This document shows positions 59,342 to 64,000 of a stretch of DNA of 64,000 bases, piece after piece. Position 1 is the first letter of the stretch; each line of letters starts with the position of its first letter. The stretch is taken from positions 23,574 to 87,573 of the forward strand of contig JBAXWF010000006.1 in the NCBI GenBank assembly GCA_037128515.1, given 5' to 3'. The notes beneath the pieces are model-generated. The model saw nothing but the letters and a program-made list of their open reading frames with translations. It made no database searches and was not told the DNA's origin. The translations under genes were made by a program, and so were the position numbers. Source of the DNA: Bacteroidota bacterium (GTDB lineage: Bacteria; Bacteroidota; Bacteroidia; Bacteroidales; CAIWKO01).

Positions 59342-61540
59342 TTAGTTTTTTCTTTTATAATAATAGTATGCTTCTTTTTCGTCCATGCCGTCGGCCATCA
59401 CCAAGCTGTATTTGTTCATAGTCATCACATGATACGTTATCAATTCGCTGCTCAATTGCAATTCTTCAACCAACTGTGGTATTGATTTTTTGTTCCCGTC
59501 AATAGCAGCCAAAATATTTTTCCATAGCTGCGGAAATTCTTTCATCATCAACACCTCGGTTTCTTTCACTGCTTCGTCGGCACTTCCTTTTTCTCCGATT
59601 TCCATTTTTTGCATAAAGCCATCAATCATCGATTCAATTTCACTGTCGGTAAACTGTGCAATTTCAATGGCATTCACTGGGCAAACCGGTGCACAAATAC
59701 CACATCCGGTACATATAGCTTCGTTCACCGCTGCAATGTGTTTATCGCCAAATTCAATTTCCCTTATGGCAGTGTATTCACACACATCAGCGCATTTTCC
59801 ACACCAAGTACACAAATCGTTATTAACACGCGCAACAACGGGGTCGAGCGAAACGGTTCCACCTTTAAGCAATGCATTAATTTTGGCTGCCGCCGAAAGC
59901 GACGACTGCACCGACTCGCTTATGTTTTTAGGACCCTGGCAGGCACCCCCAATATACACACCCTTGATAACCGTTTCAACTGGTTTTAATTTGGGATGAA
60001 TCTCGTTAAAAAACCTGTCGCTGCCTATGGGTATCTTAAATTTTTCGGAAATCTGTTTGCTATCCTCGCGGGCCACCATGCCAGTCACCAAAACCACCAA
60101 ATCGGCTTCCAATTCCAGTTCCTTTTTCGAAGTAAGATAATCTTTCACCTTTAGCAATACCACCTTGCCCGATTGTTCCACCACAGGAGGTTCTTTTTCG
60201 TCGAAGCGTATATAGATATCTCCTTGCTTCGACGATTTTTCGTAAAGTATTTCCTGTTTTCCATACGTTCTGATATCGCGAAACAAATGAAATGCTTTTA
60301 TGTTTTCATACTTTTCGTTCAGTTGCAGCGAGGTATATATTGCCGAAGTACAGCACTGCCGAGAGCAATATTTGTTATCTCCTTTTTTTTGTCTGTTGCC
60401 TACACAGTAAATAAAAGCAATTTTCGATATAGTTTTGTTATTATAAAGCAGTTTATCCGGACTCAATTCCATCAGCCTGTTGAACTCAGGCAATGTGATT
60501 ACATTGGGAACGATATTGTATCCAAATTCTCCGTCAATCGGCTTGTACGAATCAAAACCTGTGGTTACAAGCACCGAACCTACAATAAGTGACAAAACCT
60601 CATCTTGCTGATTCAGGTCCAGACTTGACGCATATTTGGCGATAAATTCCGGATCGGCTTTCAATGCTTCAGCATCCACCACCGGAACATCGGGCAGTGC
60701 TTCGCCATAGTTCTTATAAATGGCTTTGCGTTTACACAATCCAAAATTAAATTCATCGTTAACCGTAACTTCGCATTCTTCCATGGCCTTTTTTATACGA
60801 TCTTTATCGGCCTTTCCGTTGATATAACGCGGTTGTATTTTCACATCCACATGAAAATTGCCCAGGCTCCCGGAAGCTTTTTCGATGGTAGCACCTGTAA
60901 ACAATGTAATGTTTTTATAGCTTTTTACTTCAGCAAATAACTTCGTAACCACATCTTTTCCGGCTTGCCCGGTCATGAAAAGTTTTTCGGTTTGTGCAAT
61001 ACGTCCGCCAACAAAATAATCTTTTTCAACCAAATAAACTTCATTACCCAAACGTGCCAAATCGATGGCAGCTTTCATCCCCGAAACTCCTGCACCCACA
61101 ACCAAAACAGCTCTTTTAACCGTGATTTCTATATTATCCAAAGATTCGGAATGCGACACCCGATTGATTCCGGCGCGTATCAATCCGGCAGCCTTCACTG
61201 TTGCTTCGCGTGGTTTATCCGAATGTGGCCACGAACATTGCTCACGTATGTTTACTTGAACATAGTTTGTGGGGTTAAGTCCGGCGCGGGTAGCCACATT
61301 TTTGAAAGTATGCAGATGCAGTTTCGGTGAACACGAAGCCACCACGATAGCATCCAAATTGTATTCTTTGATATCGTTTACCATAGCTTTTTGGTTGGAA
61401 TCGGCACAGGCAAACATCACATCTTTCGAAATAACCACGCCATCCTCTGCATGAAACATCTTGCCAAGTTCTTCCACATCCACATAATCGGAAATATTTC
61501 CGCCGCAATGACAAATATAAACGCCTATTCTTTCTTTCAT
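59342..61540 (-). CDS. hdrA: Heterodisulfide reductase subunit A-like flavoprotein (HdrA)
   Basis: RIGVYICHCGGNI, ASCSP, NIREQCSWPH, VVGAGVSG, CVG.R..YCSRQCC, E.HPKLKPV, GACQGPK, C-terminal ferredoxin motifs. Confidence 0.88.
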   Translation of the reverse strand: MKERIGVYICHCGGNISDYVDVEELGKMFHAEDGVVISKDVMFACADSNQKAMVNDIKEYNLDAIVVASCSPKLHLHTFKNVATRAGLNPTNYVQVNIREQCSWPHSDKPREATVKAAGLIRAGINRVSHSESLDNIEITVKRAVLVVGAGVSGMKAAIDLARLGNEVYLVEKDYFVGGRIAQTEKLFMTGQAGKDVVTKLFAEVKSYKNITLFTGATIEKASGSLGNFHVDVKIQPRYINGKADKDRIKKAMEECEVTVNDEFNFGLCKRKAIYKNYGEALPDVPVVDAEALKADPEFIAKYASSLDLNQQDEVLSLIVGSVLVTTGFDSYKPIDGEFGYNIVPNVITLPEFNRLMELSPDKLLYNNKTISKIAFIYCVGNRQKKGDNKYCSRQCCTSAIYTSLQLNEKYENIKAFHLFRDIRTYGKQEILYEKSSKQGDIYIRFDEKEPPVVEQSGKVVLLKVKDYLTSKKELELEADLVVLVTGMVAREDSKQISEKFKIPIGSDRFFNEIHPKLKPVETVIKGVYIGGACQGPKNISESVQSSLSAAAKINALLKGGTVSLDPVVARVNNDLCTWCGKCADVCEYTAIREIEFGDKHIAAVNEAICTGCGICAPVCPVNAIEIAQFTDSEIESMIDGFMQKMEIGEKGSADEAVKETEVLMMKEFPQLWKNILAAIDGNKKSIPQLVEELQLSSELITYHVMTMNKYSLVMADGMDEKEAYYYYKRKN

Positions 61541-61579
61541 TTTATTGTATTTTGAAAAGTCATAAGTTTCTACCAAATT

Positions 61580-64000
61580 TTATTGATTGATTTCATTTGC
61601 GATTAAATAACCGGCAACTTCGGTTGCAGCGCATCCTGCCGACAAAATGGAATCGGGAATATCTTTCGGACCGGAAGCTGCGCCTGCTACAAAAACACCT
61701 TCAATACTGGTCAGTGCCGGGTTTATCAGTTCGTCTGTTTGTTTCACAAAATTAAAAGCATCCAGTTGCAGTGTTTGGTTTTTAAACACCTCCGAAATTT
61801 CCTTATTGGGCAACACACCCACACTCAACACAACCAAATCGTGCTTGGCTTCTTTCAATACACCGGTTGCAATATCTTCGTAACGTACAATCAAGTCGCC
61901 TTTACTATCATCATTTTCGCGAATCTTGGCTACTTTGCCTTTCACAAAATTCACTCCCATCGACTTCGATTGCTGGAAAAACTCTTCATACCCTTTACCA
62001 AATGCCCTGATGTCGATATAATAAATAGTGATGTCGGCCATGGGCAATGCACCCATTAGCAACTGTGCCTGTTTGATGGAATACATGCAACAGATTTGCG
62101 AACAAATAGGATTGTTGCCGCACTCAACACTGCAGGCACGATTCTCAATTGCAGAATCACGGGAGCCGGTGCACAACACATACGCAATATTATCGGGTGA
62201 TTTACCATCGCCCGGTCGCAACACATTATTGAAAGGCCTTGTGGGTGCTATCAAACGATCCATTTGCATGGAATCAATCACGTTGGCGTATTTATCGTAC
62301 CCCAATTCAGGTTTGCCCGATGGGGGAAACAATTTATAGCCCGTTGTAACAATCACCGATTTAACGTTGGTTTGAATCTGTTCCTTCTTTTGCGAAAAAT
62401 CAATAGCATTGGCCGGACAAATCGTGACACATTGATGACATTCGCGGCAATTGCTGCAATCAAGACACCGCATGGTACTTTCTTTCAGCTCGTCTTCAGT
62501 GTAAGTGAATTCAACTTCTTTAAAGTCCTTTATTCTTTCTGCAATCGGTCTAATGATGCCTTCAATAGCAGGTATTTTTTTATCAATATTCGCTTTAATA
62601 ATTTTTGTTTTATCGATAGTAGGAAGCTTGTCACCGGCTTCAAATTCCTCCGGATTTAATCCCCGAAGATATTTATCCATATAAAAAGCTGCTTTCTTTC
62701 CTTGTCCTGCTGCCTCAATAATGGTTGAAGCACCTGTGACACTATCACCACCTGCAAAAATATACAGGTTCGCAGTTTGTAGTGTTTTTTCGTTTACCTT
62801 AATTGTACCACCTTTTTTTAGTTCAAGTTCACTAGCAAATATCGATGTGGAAGGTTGCAATCCGATAGCCTCAACAACGAAATCAACATTTTCCAAATAC
62901 TCTGAACCATCTATTGGAACCGGTCTTCTTCTGCCGGTTTCGTCAGCTTGTTCCAGCTTCATCTTAACCAATTGCACATGCTTTAGTTTACCATTTTCAC
63001 CTATAAACTTTGTTGGATTCCTGAGAATTAAAATTTCCACACCTTCTTCTTCGGCTTCTTTAATTTCAGGAGCAAAACATGGCATTTCTTCGCGGCTGCG
63101 ACGATAAACCACCGTTACTTTTGCCGCACCCAATCTGAGCGAAGTACGAGCTGCATCAATAGCCGTGTTTCCACCACCAATTATCATAACTTTTCTCCCA
63201 CTAAGATCTATTTTTTCGCCTATGTTGGCATCGCGCAAAAAATCGAGACAAGAAACAATCCCTTGGAGCGAAGAACCCTCCACATCAAGCTTGGTGGTAT
63301 CGTGTGTACCAACCGAAACGAAAATACTGTCAAAGCCTTGTAATTTTAGTTCGCTCAGGTTCTCTATCTTTTTGTTTACTTCAATTTCAACTCCCAAAGC
63401 AGTAATGTTCATTATATCTCTGTCCACAATATCTTTCGGAAGCCTGTATTCGGGCAAAGTAAGTTTCAGCATTCCACCGGCTTCAGCAGCTGCTTCAAAT
63501 ATTTTAACTGCGTGACCTTTTAATGCCAAATGATAAGCAGCAGTCAATCCGGCAGGCCCCGAACCAATAACTGCAATTTTTTTACCCGATTTGTTTTCAA
63601 TGGCAATTGCAGGTGCATCTGGATATTTCTTATAATAATCATCTGTAAAAAACCGCTTGATTTTTCGTATATCAACCGATGTATCTAAATTCGACCGTGT
63701 ACATGCACTCTGACAAGGCGCATAACAAGCTCTTCCAAGACTTCCTGGTATTGGGATGTCTTCCAGATGAAGTTTCATCGCTTCTGCATATTGCCCGTTT
63801 CTTGCTAACGAAATATATCCGTATGGCTTAACTCCACCCGGACATTCATTGATGCAGGGAGCTGAAGTATCGCGTCTGTCGATAGTAGCTATACGCGGAT
63901 TGGCCAAACTAAACGGTATGTATGCAACCTTACGTCCTGCCAAATTCGTATTATATTCATCGGGGCGAACTTCTGGACAAACCACTTCGCATTCCTGACA
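61580..64000 (-). CDS. HdrL-like protein (HdrA with an inserted GltD/NAD(P)H-binding module), 5' end outside the window
   Basis: Frame open to the window edge (CQECEVVCP); GltD-like PC..ECP, LGRACYAPCQ..C, GSGPAG, GGGNTAID, YRRS; HdrA C-terminal CTGSRD..CSQICC, DIRAFGK, AGAASGPKDI. Confidence 0.85.
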   Translation of the reverse strand, partial: CQECEVVCPEVRPDEYNTNLAGRKVAYIPFSLANPRIATIDRRDTSAPCINECPGGVKPYGYISLARNGQYAEAMKLHLEDIPIPGSLGRACYAPCQSACTRSNLDTSVDIRKIKRFFTDDYYKKYPDAPAIAIENKSGKKIAVIGSGPAGLTAAYHLALKGHAVKIFEAAAEAGGMLKLTLPEYRLPKDIVDRDIMNITALGVEIEVNKKIENLSELKLQGFDSIFVSVGTHDTTKLDVEGSSLQGIVSCLDFLRDANIGEKIDLSGRKVMIIGGGNTAIDAARTSLRLGAAKVTVVYRRSREEMPCFAPEIKEAEEEGVEILILRNPTKFIGENGKLKHVQLVKMKLEQADETGRRRPVPIDGSEYLENVDFVVEAIGLQPSTSIFASELELKKGGTIKVNEKTLQTANLYIFAGGDSVTGASTIIEAAGQGKKAAFYMDKYLRGLNPEEFEAGDKLPTIDKTKIIKANIDKKIPAIEGIIRPIAERIKDFKEVEFTYTEDELKESTMRCLDCSNCRECHQCVTICPANAIDFSQKKEQIQTNVKSVIVTTGYKLFPPSGKPELGYDKYANVIDSMQMDRLIAPTRPFNNVLRPGDGKSPDNIAYVLCTGSRDSAIENRACSVECGNNPICSQICCMYSIKQAQLLMGALPMADITIYYIDIRAFGKGYEEFFQQSKSMGVNFVKGKVAKIRENDDSKGDLIVRYEDIATGVLKEAKHDLVVLSVGVLPNKEISEVFKNQTLQLDAFNFVKQTDELINPALTSIEGVFVAGAASGPKDIPDSILSAGCAATEVAGYLIANEINQ

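Overview
This is a chromosomal window from an anaerobic Bacteroidota (Bacteroidales-like) bacterium, judged from T9SS sorting domains, Bacteroidetes lipoprotein signals and TAnnTTTG-type promoters. From left to right it holds: a partial LTA-synthase/sulfatase gene; five DUF5011 lipoprotein paralogs interrupted by a 42-bp palindromic tandem array and a stop-disrupted orphan gene; two tiny DSI-repeat lipoproteins; citrate lyase (CitD-CitE fusion plus CitF); a large T9SS protein; a flexirubin/aryl-polyene-like tailoring and export module with a glycosyltransferase and a sulfotransferase but no ketosynthase; housekeeping genes (maf, UbiA, rubrerythrin, proline dehydrogenase, stop-interrupted aroB, aroA); a thiol-redox operon; a glycogen synthase-phosphorylase fusion; bcp, recA, a TPR protein and an S9 peptidase; NlpC/P60-LysM; and an HdrL-HdrA-QmoC-like operon with OsmC and rhodanese. 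The best candidate for an undescribed system is an unannotated 33-aa Cys-containing peptide gene (43015..43116, minus, MKSIIKKKTEKPAEKKVAQCCAKTSKTIVGCHD). It lies between an ArsM-like methyltransferase and a radical SAM/SPASM enzyme, in an operon with a ferredoxin, a membrane thioredoxin and a Trx-TrxR fusion lacking the canonical NADPH motif. All family assignments come from motif recognition, not database searches.
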